Source: an uncultured Bacilli bacterium
Lineage (GTDB): Bacteria > Bacillota_I > Bacilli_A > RF39 > UBA660
NCBI GenBank assembly: GCA_947631035.1
Contig: CANRJW010000001.1
Location: 5,254-69,253 of the forward strand
Direction of reading: 5' to 3'
Length of the DNA stretch: 64,000 nucleotides
The translations under genes and the position numbers were made by a program. Shown one piece after another: positions 1 through 9,562 of this stretch (position 1 is its first letter; every line of letters begins with the position of its first letter). A model generated the notes under the pieces. The model made no database searches. It saw only the letters and a program-made list of their open reading frames with translations, and was not told where the DNA came from.

Positions 1-1
1 T

Positions 2-196
2 AAAAGCATTGAAAATAAGTTAGACAATCCCCACTATTTTTTTAAAACCCATCAAAGTTGTATTGTCAATTTAAAGAACATTAAAAAAGTAAATTTTAAT
101 CAAAATATCATTTATTTTAAAAATAAAGAAATTAACTTACTTTCAAGGTATAAAAAAAAGGAATTAAAAGAAAGATTAGAAATTGGTATTGAGTAA
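2..196 (+). CDS. C-terminal fragment (64 aa) of a LytTR-family DNA-binding domain, response-regulator type; the 5' end lies outside the window
   Basis: Frame-2 translation ...HYFFKTHQSCIVNLKNIKKVNF...LKERLEIGIE* matches the LytTR signature (F.R.HRS.IVN...I); stop at 194-196. Confidence 0.6.
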   Translation, partial: KSIENKLDNPHYFFKTHQSCIVNLKNIKKVNFNQNIIYFKNKEINLLSRYKKKELKERLEIGIE

Positions 197-295
197 AATG
201 ACCAAATTTCACCTCATATCAACAAAATATCTTAGACTTTTTCTAAAAGTTATCGAATACATGCTATATTTTTATAGAAAGTGAGGTGGACAAAC

Positions 296-415
296 TTGCA
301 AAGTCGCATAGGAGGGATAGAAAACAAAAAAGAATATGGTTTTATCGAATATACCAATGAAGAGGAAATCTTTGTTCACAATTCTGTAATACTTTTAAAA
401 AAAATAGAGCAATAA
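296..415 (+). CDS. 39-aa mini-ORF resembling a degenerate, truncated cold-shock domain (TTG start, AGGTGGA Shine-Dalgarno 5 nt upstream)
   Basis: MQSRIGGIENKKEYGFIEYTNEEEIFVHNSVILLKKIEQ aligns with the Csp N-terminal half (KGFGFI / DVFVHFSAI) but loses the RNP1 aromatics and beta4-5; not in the ORF track because it is under 60 aa. Confidence 0.25.
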   Translation: MQSRIGGIENKKEYGFIEYTNEEEIFVHNSVILLKKIEQ

Positions 416-436
416 AGTAATGTTTATTGTTCTATT

Positions 437-2797
437 TTATTTCCATTCCCAATTGGTAACTTCAGGCATATCAATACCATACTCTTTAATATAAGTCTCG
501 TGTTTTTCAAGCATTTCAACACAATATTTTTGACATTTTTCTTTTTCTTTTGGATAAGAAGAAATATGGTCCAAAAGAAGTAAAACTAAGTGAAAACGGT
601 CCACTTTATTTAAAACACGCATATCAAAAGGAGTGGTAATACTTCCTTCTTCGTTGTAACCTCGAACATGCAAATTGGTATTGGTTCTTCGATAGGTTAA
701 TTCATGGATTAAATTTGGATAGCCATGAAAAGCAAAGATAATAGGTTTATCCTTTGTAAATATCAAATCATAGTCTTTATCGGATAATCCATGGGGATGT
801 AAACTTTCGGATTGTATTTTCATTAAATCGACGACATTAACAAAACGGGTTTTTAATTTTGGAATGTATTCTCTTAAAATACTAGTGGCAGCAAGTCCTT
901 CAAGGGTTGGCATATCTCCACAAGTGGCAATTACGGCATCGGGTTCACTATTTTTATCGTTGCTGGCAAATCCCCAAATGCCAATCCCTTGGGTACAATG
1001 TTTATCTGCTTCTTCCATCGAAAGCCATTGTGGTTTTGGATGTTTGCTGGCAATTAAAACATTGACATAATCCTTGGTATCAATAATATGATTAAAACAA
1101 GAGATTAAAGTATTCGTATCGGGTGGTAGATAAGCCCTTACAATACTTGCTTTTTTGGTCATGATATGATTTAAAAATCCTGGGTCTTGATGTGTATATC
1201 CATTATGGTCTTGTTGCCATACATGACTAGTAAGAAGGAGATTTAAAGAAGGAATTGGTTTGCGCCATGAAACTTCTTTGGCCATTTTAAGCCATTTAGC
1301 GTGTTGGCTTACCATAGAATCGACCACTCGAACAAAGGCTTCATAACTATGGAAAAAACCAAATCTTCCGGTTAATAAATACCCCTCTAACCATCCTTCG
1401 CAGGCATGCTCAGATAAATAGGAATCCATAACGACTCCATCATTGGCCAAATATTCATCTTGGTTTATGATGGTAGCATTCCATTTACGGTCCGTAACTT
1501 CAAATACATGATTCAAACGATTTGATAAAGCTTCATCTGGACTAAACATACGAAAATTACGATTTTCTTTATTGAGTTCAATTAAATCTTTAATATAAAC
1601 GCCCAGTTCACTCATGTCTTGTGCTATCACACGACCCGGTTTTGAAACTTGAACACCATATTTTTTAAAATCTGGCTTCTTTAAAGGAATTGTTAGTAAT
1701 CCACCATTGGCATTTGGGTTTGCACCCATTCGTTCAAAACTAACCGGTGCTAAATCTTTATAATATTTTTTTAAACGACCATCCTTATTAAAGAGTTCTT
1801 CGGGATGATAACTTTTTAACCATTCTTCTAGACGTTCTAAACTTTCTGGATGTTCTTTCGTCACTTCAATAGGAATTTGATGAGCCCGAAAACTTCCTTC
1901 AATTTTTTTGCCATCAATTTCTTTCGGACCTGTCCAACCTTTTGGAGTACGTAAAACAATCATTGGCCAAATGGCTCTTTCTGAGTTATTCGTCTTGCGA
2001 GCATGATTTTGAATTGCTTTTATTTTTTCAATTACAGTATCCATAACGGTTGCCATATCTTCATGTATTTTTAAAGAATCCTGTCCACTCACATAGAAAG
2101 GTTCCCAACCACAACCTCTTAAAAAGGCATCTAACTCAATATCACTAATACGAGATAAAACAGTAGGGTTTGAAATTTTATACCCGTTTAAGTGAAGAAT
2201 TGGTAAAACAGCACCATCTGTTATGGGATTTAAGAATTTATTCGAATGCCAACTAGTAGCAAGAGCACCTGTTTCGGCTTCCCCATCTCCTATTACACAA
2301 GCTGCAATTAAACTAGGATTATCAAAAACTGCCCCAAAAGCATGCAATAAACTATAGCCAAGTTCTCCTCCTTCATTGATAGAACCAGGAGTTTCCGGTG
2401 TTGCATGACTTCCAATCCCTTTTGGGAAACTAAATTGTTTACAGAGTTTTTTTAAACCTGCGATATCTTCGGTGATTTCCGGATAAAATTCACTATAACT
2501 TCCTTCTAAGTAAGTATTTGATACAACGGCTTGTCCACCATGACCTGGACCACAAACATAAATCATATTTAAGTTGTATTTTTTGATAACTCGGTTTAAA
2601 TGAACATAAACGAAATTTTGACCAGGAACAGTACCCCAGTGTCCAACAAGTTTTGCTTTTATATCATCAAAAGTTAACTTTCTTTGTAAAAGAGGATTAT
2701 CTTTTAAATAAAGTTGGGCAGCACTTAAATAATTAGCAGCTCTAAAATAACCATCTATTTTCTTTAACATTTCTTTAGATAAAGTTTTATCACGCAT
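437..2797 (-). CDS. xfp: xylulose-5-phosphate/fructose-6-phosphate phosphoketolase
   Basis: 786 aa; N-terminal GHWGTVPGQNFVYVHLNRVIKKYNLNMIYVCGPGHGG is the phosphoketolase TPP-binding signature; full-length. Confidence 0.9.
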   Translation of the reverse strand: MRDKTLSKEMLKKIDGYFRAANYLSAAQLYLKDNPLLQRKLTFDDIKAKLVGHWGTVPGQNFVYVHLNRVIKKYNLNMIYVCGPGHGGQAVVSNTYLEGSYSEFYPEITEDIAGLKKLCKQFSFPKGIGSHATPETPGSINEGGELGYSLLHAFGAVFDNPSLIAACVIGDGEAETGALATSWHSNKFLNPITDGAVLPILHLNGYKISNPTVLSRISDIELDAFLRGCGWEPFYVSGQDSLKIHEDMATVMDTVIEKIKAIQNHARKTNNSERAIWPMIVLRTPKGWTGPKEIDGKKIEGSFRAHQIPIEVTKEHPESLERLEEWLKSYHPEELFNKDGRLKKYYKDLAPVSFERMGANPNANGGLLTIPLKKPDFKKYGVQVSKPGRVIAQDMSELGVYIKDLIELNKENRNFRMFSPDEALSNRLNHVFEVTDRKWNATIINQDEYLANDGVVMDSYLSEHACEGWLEGYLLTGRFGFFHSYEAFVRVVDSMVSQHAKWLKMAKEVSWRKPIPSLNLLLTSHVWQQDHNGYTHQDPGFLNHIMTKKASIVRAYLPPDTNTLISCFNHIIDTKDYVNVLIASKHPKPQWLSMEEADKHCTQGIGIWGFASNDKNSEPDAVIATCGDMPTLEGLAATSILREYIPKLKTRFVNVVDLMKIQSESLHPHGLSDKDYDLIFTKDKPIIFAFHGYPNLIHELTYRRTNTNLHVRGYNEEGSITTPFDMRVLNKVDRFHLVLLLLDHISSYPKEKEKCQKYCVEMLEKHETYIKEYGIDMPEVTNWEWK

Positions 2798-2838
2798 ATT
2801 ATCAAACCCTATTCTATTTATAAGTATAACCGAAATTT

Positions 2839-2873
2839 TGAAAAAATAGAAGTCTAAAACGCTAAGACTTCTA
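2839..2873 (-). terminator. rho-independent terminator after the M23 peptidase gene; hairpin overlaps the stop codon
   Basis: tagaagtct-N9-agacttcta stem followed by a T-run on the minus strand. Confidence 0.5.
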
Positions 2874-3719
2874 CTCCTTTACTTTGATTTGGACAGCATC
2901 AATTTCCTTACCTAATATTCCAGCATAGCCAGAATTTGTATCGTCATATTTTTGTACCCATGATAACCAACTACCATTTTTTAAATGAACTCGATAAAGT
3001 AAAGTACAAGTATCGCTTTTCATTTGAATTCCATCAATGTTTTTACCAAGGTTTCCGGCATAGTCTTCCCTATCCTTTACATCAGGTAGCCATTTATTAT
3101 TCATTTCATGTACACGATACACGACATTTCCTTTTGTCAAGTTAATGGCAAGGCCACTCATGGCATTTCCTAAATTTCCAGCATAATCCAAATCATTAGT
3201 CACATTAGGTAACCATCTTTTTTTACGGCTATCATAAGACTGATAAATCACATCTATTTTTTCTATATCGTTAGGAAGATTGGCATCAATATAGGGAGTT
3301 GGGTTAATACGAACATCTTTATTATTTCGGACTTCAAAATGTAAGTGAACACCATAAGCTTTACCTGTTTCTCCCATTTCTCCTAAAATATCTCCCTGTT
3401 TTACTTGATCACCTTTTTTGACGTTAACATTTTTTAAATGGGCATATAAAGTATACATTCCATTATGATGTTTTAATTTTACATAATTTCCATAAGTTGC
3501 AGTACCCGTAGTATTTGTATCATGCTTTTGGCCTGTTGCTACTGAGACAACTTCACCATCACTATGAGCCATCACTTCCGCGATTTTATTTTTTTCTTTA
3601 ACAAGGTCAATTCCCTTATGAGTAATGGCATTGTACTTTTGGGTAACTTGATTTATAGCATTGTATAAGACTCTACTCAAATATATTCCTCCTCCTATGG
3701 ATAGAATATGTTGGAACAT
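2871..3719 (-). CDS. M23-family peptidoglycan endopeptidase with three C-terminal ~45-aa cell-wall-binding-type repeats
   Basis: GVHLHFEV (HxH) and YAHL motifs of peptidase M23; C-terminal repeats KWLPDVKDREDYAGNLG / RWLPNVTNDLDYAGNLG / SWLSWVQKYDDTNSGYAGILG. Confidence 0.8.
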   Translation of the reverse strand: MFQHILSIGGGIYLSRVLYNAINQVTQKYNAITHKGIDLVKEKNKIAEVMAHSDGEVVSVATGQKHDTNTTGTATYGNYVKLKHHNGMYTLYAHLKNVNVKKGDQVKQGDILGEMGETGKAYGVHLHFEVRNNKDVRINPTPYIDANLPNDIEKIDVIYQSYDSRKKRWLPNVTNDLDYAGNLGNAMSGLAINLTKGNVVYRVHEMNNKWLPDVKDREDYAGNLGKNIDGIQMKSDTCTLLYRVHLKNGSWLSWVQKYDDTNSGYAGILGKEIDAVQIKVKE

Positions 3720-3765
3720 ATTTTTGGTATTTGCATATGCACAGAAAAAGGTTGATTTTATAGTA

Positions 3766-5799
3766 TTAAATGGCTAGGACGATACGGAAACTACAATTTC
3801 CCCTCGCAATCCCATCTTCACCGAAAAAAGCAAATAAACCTCTTCGAATAGTATTTTGAAACTGTCCACCACGACAAAGCCACGGATGCGTAGTGTAAAC
3901 AAATACTGCATAATCTTGATAAAAATAACTCCAATGCCATCCTCCGCCAACATTAGTTCCTATAGGTCCTATTTCTCCTATTGCATCTCCTAAAATTCGA
4001 CGATTCCAATGGGTTTGGTCAGCCCAATATTGGTAACTATCATAATATTTAGAATCTGCAAAATCTATTTTTCCTCCTGAGCCATAATCAACTTCTTTAT
4101 TCCCCTCTTGTAACATCACTCCCGCTACATATTCCCATGAACCACCGGACATGTCGAAGATGCCTGTATTATTTTCTGTGGTACTTGCTTTTTGACTTGT
4201 TGGGTATACGTAGGAAACATTATTACTTTCCTTTGGAGTTGTAGTTGCATATTCGTCCTTAGAAAAACCTGTATCAGCTCCATTTATTGCTACTACACCG
4301 GTTACATAATTTTGACTATTATTAACATTTACTTCGGTACATTTACCATTATTACATCTTCCATAAATAGAATTTGTAAGATAAGCAACGGCTCCCCACT
4401 CTGTATTCTTCATCATATGACTTTCTAATTCTCTTTTATACCCATAACTTGTTTGATAGGCATTCGATACGTTTATATTTCTCCATGAATAAACATTTGG
4501 TTTTATGATAACTTGTTCTGATTTATTTTCATTTTTTTGGGCATCTTCCACTTTTGTAGCTCCTTTATATCCTGTTTCAAACTTGCCGACCCACAATCCT
4601 TTAGCTCCTTCAAAGGCTAGAAATGCTGGATGCGTCATCCAATCTCCATAGCCACAACTTCCTCTTTCTCCTGATTCTGTTGGGGTAGTACATTCATTTG
4701 GATTTCCATCATCAGTATCTTCTATTCCAAATCGTATCTCAATTGATGTCGTTGGACCTTTATTGGAAAGTTCACTGCTGGCTGGTAATGCTTCAGTATA
4801 TTCCCCTAACTTATCGTCAAATAACTTATAACTATATTTTGGTATCCATACAAAATAACTTTCGATATCTTTCTCTTCTATTGTTGCCCCTACGTCTGGT
4901 TCTTCTGCTCCATCTGTTAGTATAACAGCATTCGCCCATCTCTTCTCTTCATAGTTATACCAATCATGGGATAAATCTGCTCTAGTAACTGTTCCATTAT
5001 CACTTATAATGACAGGTATGAGTTTATCGTTTGGAGTTGGTTCTACTTCTGCTAGTGTATTGGTTGATAGTAAAGCAATTTCTCCTTTACTATCTTGATT
5101 TCCTAATACTGGGTCTGCTCCATGTAATTTTGGTTCATTATAAACTGCTAAATCATTCATACTTCCATCTACTACTATTTTACTAATAAAAATTTTATTC
5201 ATTGCTTGGTCTTCTATTGTAACACTTTCGTCCATCCATAGTTTTATTGTATATGTTTTTGTATCACTCTCATTTAATGTTCCTTTTATTAATTCTCTTG
5301 CTTCTACTGATTTATAATCTTCTCCTTCATAGGTACTTTTTCCTTTTGGATAATTGAATAGTAACTCTTTTTGGCCTCCATTAAACTCTACGGCTATATA
5401 TTCACTATTTAATAAATTATCTTCTTGGCCGTTTTTTTCCATTAACTTCTCTAGTTTTACTGTATAATCCACTGTTGTTTTACATATATTTGTGATTTTA
5501 AATTGATAAGGTGTCAAATTCTTGGCATCTTTATCTTCTATAGGATAAGTCTTTTCTAAACGGATATCATTTTTTTCTTCTGTTAAACTTAATTTTAAGC
5601 AACCACTTTGTACTTCATTAATTCCAGTTTGAGTTGCCGTTGTTGTCCACCAGGCATAACTTGTTCCTACTAAAATTAATAATCCTGCTATAATTCCTAT
5701 AAATATTATTTTGATTCGTCGTTTGGGTTCCTTTCTATTATTATCTAATATACCCCCCCCCCAGACGACTATTTTCACTGGTTGGGAGGTTCTTTTCAA
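3766..5799 (-). CDS. Phase-variable surface-protein candidate: SipW-type leader plus TasA/camelysin-like N-domain, with a C-terminal FGE-sulfatase (SUMF1/DUF323)-like domain. Coordinates follow the TTG-initiated track ORF; the Shine-Dalgarno-linked ATG at 5809 is out of frame across the G10 tract
   Basis: GTSYAWWTTTA resembles the TasA GGTWAAFND SipW-cognate motif; LKLSL..PIEDKD..YQFKITNI pattern as in TasA; C-terminus NTEWGAVAYL / SGGSWEYVAG / LCRGGQFQNTIRRG resembles FGE-sulfatase motifs; paralogous to 11848..13596. Confidence 0.6.
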   Translation of the reverse strand: MKRTSQPVKIVVWGGGILDNNRKEPKRRIKIIFIGIIAGLLILVGTSYAWWTTTATQTGINEVQSGCLKLSLTEEKNDIRLEKTYPIEDKDAKNLTPYQFKITNICKTTVDYTVKLEKLMEKNGQEDNLLNSEYIAVEFNGGQKELLFNYPKGKSTYEGEDYKSVEARELIKGTLNESDTKTYTIKLWMDESVTIEDQAMNKIFISKIVVDGSMNDLAVYNEPKLHGADPVLGNQDSKGEIALLSTNTLAEVEPTPNDKLIPVIISDNGTVTRADLSHDWYNYEEKRWANAVILTDGAEEPDVGATIEEKDIESYFVWIPKYSYKLFDDKLGEYTEALPASSELSNKGPTTSIEIRFGIEDTDDGNPNECTTPTESGERGSCGYGDWMTHPAFLAFEGAKGLWVGKFETGYKGATKVEDAQKNENKSEQVIIKPNVYSWRNINVSNAYQTSYGYKRELESHMMKNTEWGAVAYLTNSIYGRCNNGKCTEVNVNNSQNYVTGVVAINGADTGFSKDEYATTTPKESNNVSYVYPTSQKASTTENNTGIFDMSGGSWEYVAGVMLQEGNKEVDYGSGGKIDFADSKYYDSYQYWADQTHWNRRILGDAIGEIGPIGTNVGGGWHWSYFYQDYAVFVYTTHPWLCRGGQFQNTIRRGLFAFFGEDGIARGNCSFRIVLAI
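5753..5762. repeat. Homopolymeric C10 (G10 on the coding strand) tract inside codons 13-16 (WGGG) of the TasA-like gene; candidate slipped-strand phase-variation switch
   Basis: Read directly; the only long G/C run in an ~30% GC window apart from its twin at 13550-13559. Confidence 0.9.
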
Positions 5800-5995
5800 A
5801 TTCTTTCATTTGTTTTTCTCCTCCATATCTTAATCTAATTCTACCACAAATTTTCCTCTTTGTTCAACCAAACTTTTTTACTTTTTCCTATCATTATGCT
5901 ATCTTATATCGTTATGCATGACATTGATATCACTATGCAAGCATAATTTTATCTTAAAATAGTATATTATTGAAATAACCAAGGAGAAAATTTTT

Positions 5996-6178
5996 ATGAA
6001 CAAAGACGTTATATTTGTTAGAATTGATGAAGACTTAAAGAAAAAATTAGACATGATTGCCCTAGAAGAACAAAGAAGTTTAAATAATTTGGTAGTTCGA
6101 ATTCTTACTAAATTTATTATTGACTATGAAAAGAAATCTTTAAATGAAAAAGCAACCACCGAAACAGAAAAATCATGA
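5996..6178 (+). CDS. Small ribbon-helix-helix (CopG/Arc-like) DNA-binding protein candidate
   Basis: 60 aa; VIFVRIDEDLKKKLDMIALEEQRSLNNLVVRIL fits a beta-strand then helix RHH pattern; AGGAGA RBS; 3' end overlaps the convergent sigma-factor gene by 6 nt. Confidence 0.4.
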   Translation: MNKDVIFVRIDEDLKKKLDMIALEEQRSLNNLVVRILTKFIIDYEKKSLNEKATTETEKS

Positions 6179-6823
6179 TGCATAATATTCACGAATTTTA
6201 TCTATTCCTTTTTTTTCGTAACGTGAGACCATGACTTGGGTCTTTTTTAATTTTCTTGCTACTTCACTTTGAGTCATATCTTGAAAGTAACGATACTCTA
6301 AAATCTTTCGTTCTTCTCCACTTAATTGTTCTAGCCCTTCTAAAATGACTAATCTGTCTTCTATCGACATATTTTCATTTAAAGGAATGGTTTCATATAA
6401 ACTTCTTTCATCATCCATACTTTGGTCTAAACTACTTACCATGATAGACCCAGCAATAATGGCTTGTTCAAGTTCATAGATATCCATTTCTAAGAATTGA
6501 GCTAGTTCTTCATTTGTGGGAATTCTTCCCCATTTTTGAGCAAGACTATATCTAGAAGTTTCAATCGATTTATAAAGACGTAAATAATCACTACTTACTT
6601 TGATTTGTTTTTGCATAGCAAGTTTATACATTTCACCAAAAATAGATTTAAAAGCATAACTTGAAAACTTTGCCAAACTTTCTTCTTTATAATTTTTAAT
6701 AGCTTTTAAAATACCCAATACTCCGGCTTGGTATAAGTCTTCTCTTTCAATTCCATAAAAACTTCGATTGGCAATTTTATAAATCAATCCGGTATTTTCT
6801 TCAATTATTTTTTCAGTTGTCAT
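6173..6823 (-). CDS. Sigma-70 family alternative sigma factor (SigF/SigG/SigB-like)
   Basis: Region 2 (LIYKIANRSFYG..EDLYQAGVLGILKAIKNY) and region 4 HTH (ERKILEYRYFQDMTQSEVARKLKKTQVMVSRYEKKGIDKIR). Confidence 0.8.
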   Translation of the reverse strand: MTTEKIIEENTGLIYKIANRSFYGIEREDLYQAGVLGILKAIKNYKEESLAKFSSYAFKSIFGEMYKLAMQKQIKVSSDYLRLYKSIETSRYSLAQKWGRIPTNEELAQFLEMDIYELEQAIIAGSIMVSSLDQSMDDERSLYETIPLNENMSIEDRLVILEGLEQLSGEERKILEYRYFQDMTQSEVARKLKKTQVMVSRYEKKGIDKIREYYAS

Positions 6824-6831
6824 TTGTCCTC

Positions 6832-7173
6832 CTATATTTTAATAGTCTTTAAAGCAGAGAGTTCATTTTCTAATTCTTGAATATGTAAGTTCTTTATCCA
6901 CTTTTTAATGGTATCTTTTGCTTCACAAATATAAATTTTTCCTTTATTGATACGAATCGCACTTTTGGTATTTAAAAGAGCATTGACACCACTTTCATCG
7001 ATAGAATCTAATTCATATAAATTGTAAACTAAATATTTTATTTTATGCTTTAAAAGAACTGGAACTAAATAATTATTTAATTCGTAAGTCTTTTTGCTAG
7101 TTAAATTACCTTTCAAGCGAACAAATAAAATACCTTTATTGTACTCTACGTCCATTTGAAACATTTTTATCAC
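6832..7173 (-). CDS. STAS-domain anti-sigma-factor antagonist (SpoIIAA/RsbV-like)
   Basis: 113 aa; the LYELDSIDESGVNALL segment keeps the phosphorylatable Ser context (DxSG); immediately upstream of the sigma gene. Confidence 0.65.
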   Translation of the reverse strand: MIKMFQMDVEYNKGILFVRLKGNLTSKKTYELNNYLVPVLLKHKIKYLVYNLYELDSIDESGVNALLNTKSAIRINKGKIYICEAKDTIKKWIKNLHIQELENELSALKTIKI

Positions 7174-7257
7174 CTGCTATATGAATATAGTAAATTTTTA
7201 TAACTTTTTAAACACTTTCGACAAAACTTGTCAAAAGAAGTGGGTATAAAAAAAAAT

Positions 7258-7908
7258 TCATGCATTATGAATTTTCCTTTGTTTAATGTCTTTTATTTTT
7301 TTCGTCTTTCTTTTTTTTAAGAAAAGGAGAAGGAAAAAGAATAGTCCCATACTAAGTGTAGGAAGTACAATTAAAAACTTTTCTAATATATAAAACATAG
7401 GTGTATCAAAAGTATCTAAATAATAGATGCCAAAAATATCTTTACTATTTTCTTCTGTTACAATATCTTGTTCGAGAATTTTATTTAAACTGGACATGGC
7501 AGTCAGTTGTAAATCTTTGGGAATCACTTTGGCAATTCCTTTAATGGTAACACTACTTGGTGAATTTGTATCCACAGTATTATAAGAATACGTATAAATT
7601 TCTTCTAATTGCTTTCTTGTTTCTTCATTTAAGTCTACGAGATAAACATTTTTAGCATCCCAAATAAAATACGTTTTATGTTCTACTCCAGCATAATCAT
7701 GAATGGCAAAATAATCGGTCATAACAGAAGCTTCGATTTTAGCATATTGATTGCTTTCCTTGACATTTTTTAATTCTTGGGCAGTCGTAAATGTTTTTGC
7801 ATTCGTAAAATAAATATAGAAAAGAAAAACAACACTAATGGCAAGAAAAAGAATTCCCAAACAAAAGCATTGTTGATTGTTGATTTGTACTATTTTTCCT
7901 ATTTGCAT
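7258..7908 (-). CDS. Membrane protein of unknown function (N- and C-terminal TM helices flanking an extracytoplasmic domain)
   Basis: Hydrophobic segments CLGILFLAISVVFLFYIYF and LIVLPTLSMGLFFFLLLFL; no recognisable motif. Confidence 0.4.
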   Translation of the reverse strand: MQIGKIVQINNQQCFCLGILFLAISVVFLFYIYFTNAKTFTTAQELKNVKESNQYAKIEASVMTDYFAIHDYAGVEHKTYFIWDAKNVYLVDLNEETRKQLEEIYTYSYNTVDTNSPSSVTIKGIAKVIPKDLQLTAMSSLNKILEQDIVTEENSKDIFGIYYLDTFDTPMFYILEKFLIVLPTLSMGLFFFLLLFLKKRKTKKIKDIKQRKIHNA

Positions 7909-7975
7909 CTATATTCCTCATCCCCATAAAGAATATATCAAAAATTCATTTTATGGTAAATATTTTTTTAATAAA

Positions 7976-9460
7976 TTAAGCCTCTTCCATTAAGTTTTTA
8001 ATTTTTTCTTTGGCAACATTTACAGAATCGGTATCCGGTAGCATCACATAAGATTTGAGTGATTTATAAGAATACGTATAATCATAAGCATCTGTTCCTG
8101 CTAAAGTATATTTTTCAATCGTCCAAGAAGGCATTTCTTTTATTTGTTTTTTTACTAAAGAAGTAATATTATCCGTACCAATATTGGTGATAAATTTTCC
8201 ATCTAAAGCATTTAATAAATCATTATATTTTAACAGAATCTTTTTGGATAAAACTTTATTTAAAATTGCTTCTAGTAATTGTTGTTGATGTTTTACACGT
8301 CCGACATCTCCATCGGATAAGCTTTTTCTTTCACGGGCAAAGGCTAGTGCTTGTTTGCCGTTTAAATGATTCATTCCTTGTTGAAAAGAATAACTTACTA
8401 CTTCATCTTCGACATAATAGGCTTTAAAGGCTTTATCCACATTAACATCAATTCCCCCTAGTTCATCGACCACTTTAATTAAAGAAGTAAAGTTTACTTT
8501 GGCATAATAGTTAATGTCTATAGAAAGTAAGTCTTCTACTGTTTTAACCGATGTATCGATACCATGAATACCAGCATGGGTAATTTTATCATTTAAAGTG
8601 GTATTGATACCATGTAATTTGACATAATAATCTCTTGGAATACTCGTTAAAAGCACTTTATGGGTAACGGGATTTACCGAAACTACCATATTGACATCAC
8701 TTCTAGATACACTGGTTATTTTTCCATAAGTATCAATTCCTGAAATGAAGATATTAAAAGATTGTTTTGTTGTATCCACATTTTTCACTAGTTCGTCTTT
8801 TAGTTCTATATCAATCGAAAATTCATAAATAATTCTTTCTTTTGTTTTTAATTCATTGCTCATTTCTTCTAACATTACTTTTTGAGCATCTTCCATTAAT
8901 ATAGCATCAACTTGATAATTGTATAAAGCATCTAGTAAATGCTCTGTATCTTCTAATTCGATATATTCTAAAGAAGTTTTTTTATTTAAATGTTGTTTTG
9001 CTTCAGTAAGTTCTTCTTCATTGGATTTTACAAACCCTATTTTTTTATCTTTAATATCATTTAGTTTATTATAAGAACTGGTATTTAAAACAATAACATT
9101 ATAATTCTTTGTATTCATATTGCCTTTTCCTAAATTATGTAAAAAAAGAAAAGTATGAACAAAATAAAGAAGTAAAACAAAAGTCCCAATCATTTTTATT
9201 ATCGTAAGTACAGTAGCAAAGCATCTTCTTTTCCAACCTCTTTTTAAAGTTAAAGAAAGCATGCCAAAATCAAACAAAATAAGAAGTGCACCTAAAAGAA
9301 GAAAATAAAAAAGAGGTAAAACATTCAATAAAAAAACAGCAATGAGTAATAAAATGGTCAGTAAAAAAGAAGCCAAAAACAAACGACGATATGTTTTTTT
9401 CTTCACTCTTTTTCTTTTGGGATTGGTATTTTTGATATTTTCTTTACTAGTATTTTTCAT
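7976..9460 (-). CDS. LytR-CpsA-Psr (LCP) family cell-wall polymer transferase with a polytopic N-terminal membrane region
   Basis: VVSVNPVTHKVLLTSIPRDYYVKLHG...GIDTSVKTVEDLLSIDINYYAKVNF is the LCP domain core. Confidence 0.85.
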   Translation of the reverse strand: MKNTSKENIKNTNPKRKRVKKKTYRRLFLASFLLTILLLIAVFLLNVLPLFYFLLLGALLILFDFGMLSLTLKRGWKRRCFATVLTIIKMIGTFVLLLYFVHTFLFLHNLGKGNMNTKNYNVIVLNTSSYNKLNDIKDKKIGFVKSNEEELTEAKQHLNKKTSLEYIELEDTEHLLDALYNYQVDAILMEDAQKVMLEEMSNELKTKERIIYEFSIDIELKDELVKNVDTTKQSFNIFISGIDTYGKITSVSRSDVNMVVSVNPVTHKVLLTSIPRDYYVKLHGINTTLNDKITHAGIHGIDTSVKTVEDLLSIDINYYAKVNFTSLIKVVDELGGIDVNVDKAFKAYYVEDEVVSYSFQQGMNHLNGKQALAFARERKSLSDGDVGRVKHQQQLLEAILNKVLSKKILLKYNDLLNALDGKFITNIGTDNITSLVKKQIKEMPSWTIEKYTLAGTDAYDYTYSYKSLKSYVMLPDTDSVNVAKEKIKNLMEEA

Positions 9461-9562
9461 AAGTTCCTCACTTTATTCTAAAAACATTATAACATAGATA
9501 AAAAAAGGACTGCTAAAAGTTCACAATCCTTTTGTAAATTAAGAGTCAAATTTAACAGAGTC

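Noticed and set aside
5797-5799. TTG at 5799 (and its twin at 13596) as the true start codon of the TasA-like genes, as the ORF track implies
   Set aside because: A strong GGAGGAG (GGAGGA in the twin) SD sits 8 nt upstream of an ATG located 10 nt 5' of the TTG. The TTG has no properly spaced SD, and the 10-nt offset combined with a G10 tract is the signature of a frame switch, not of a normal start.
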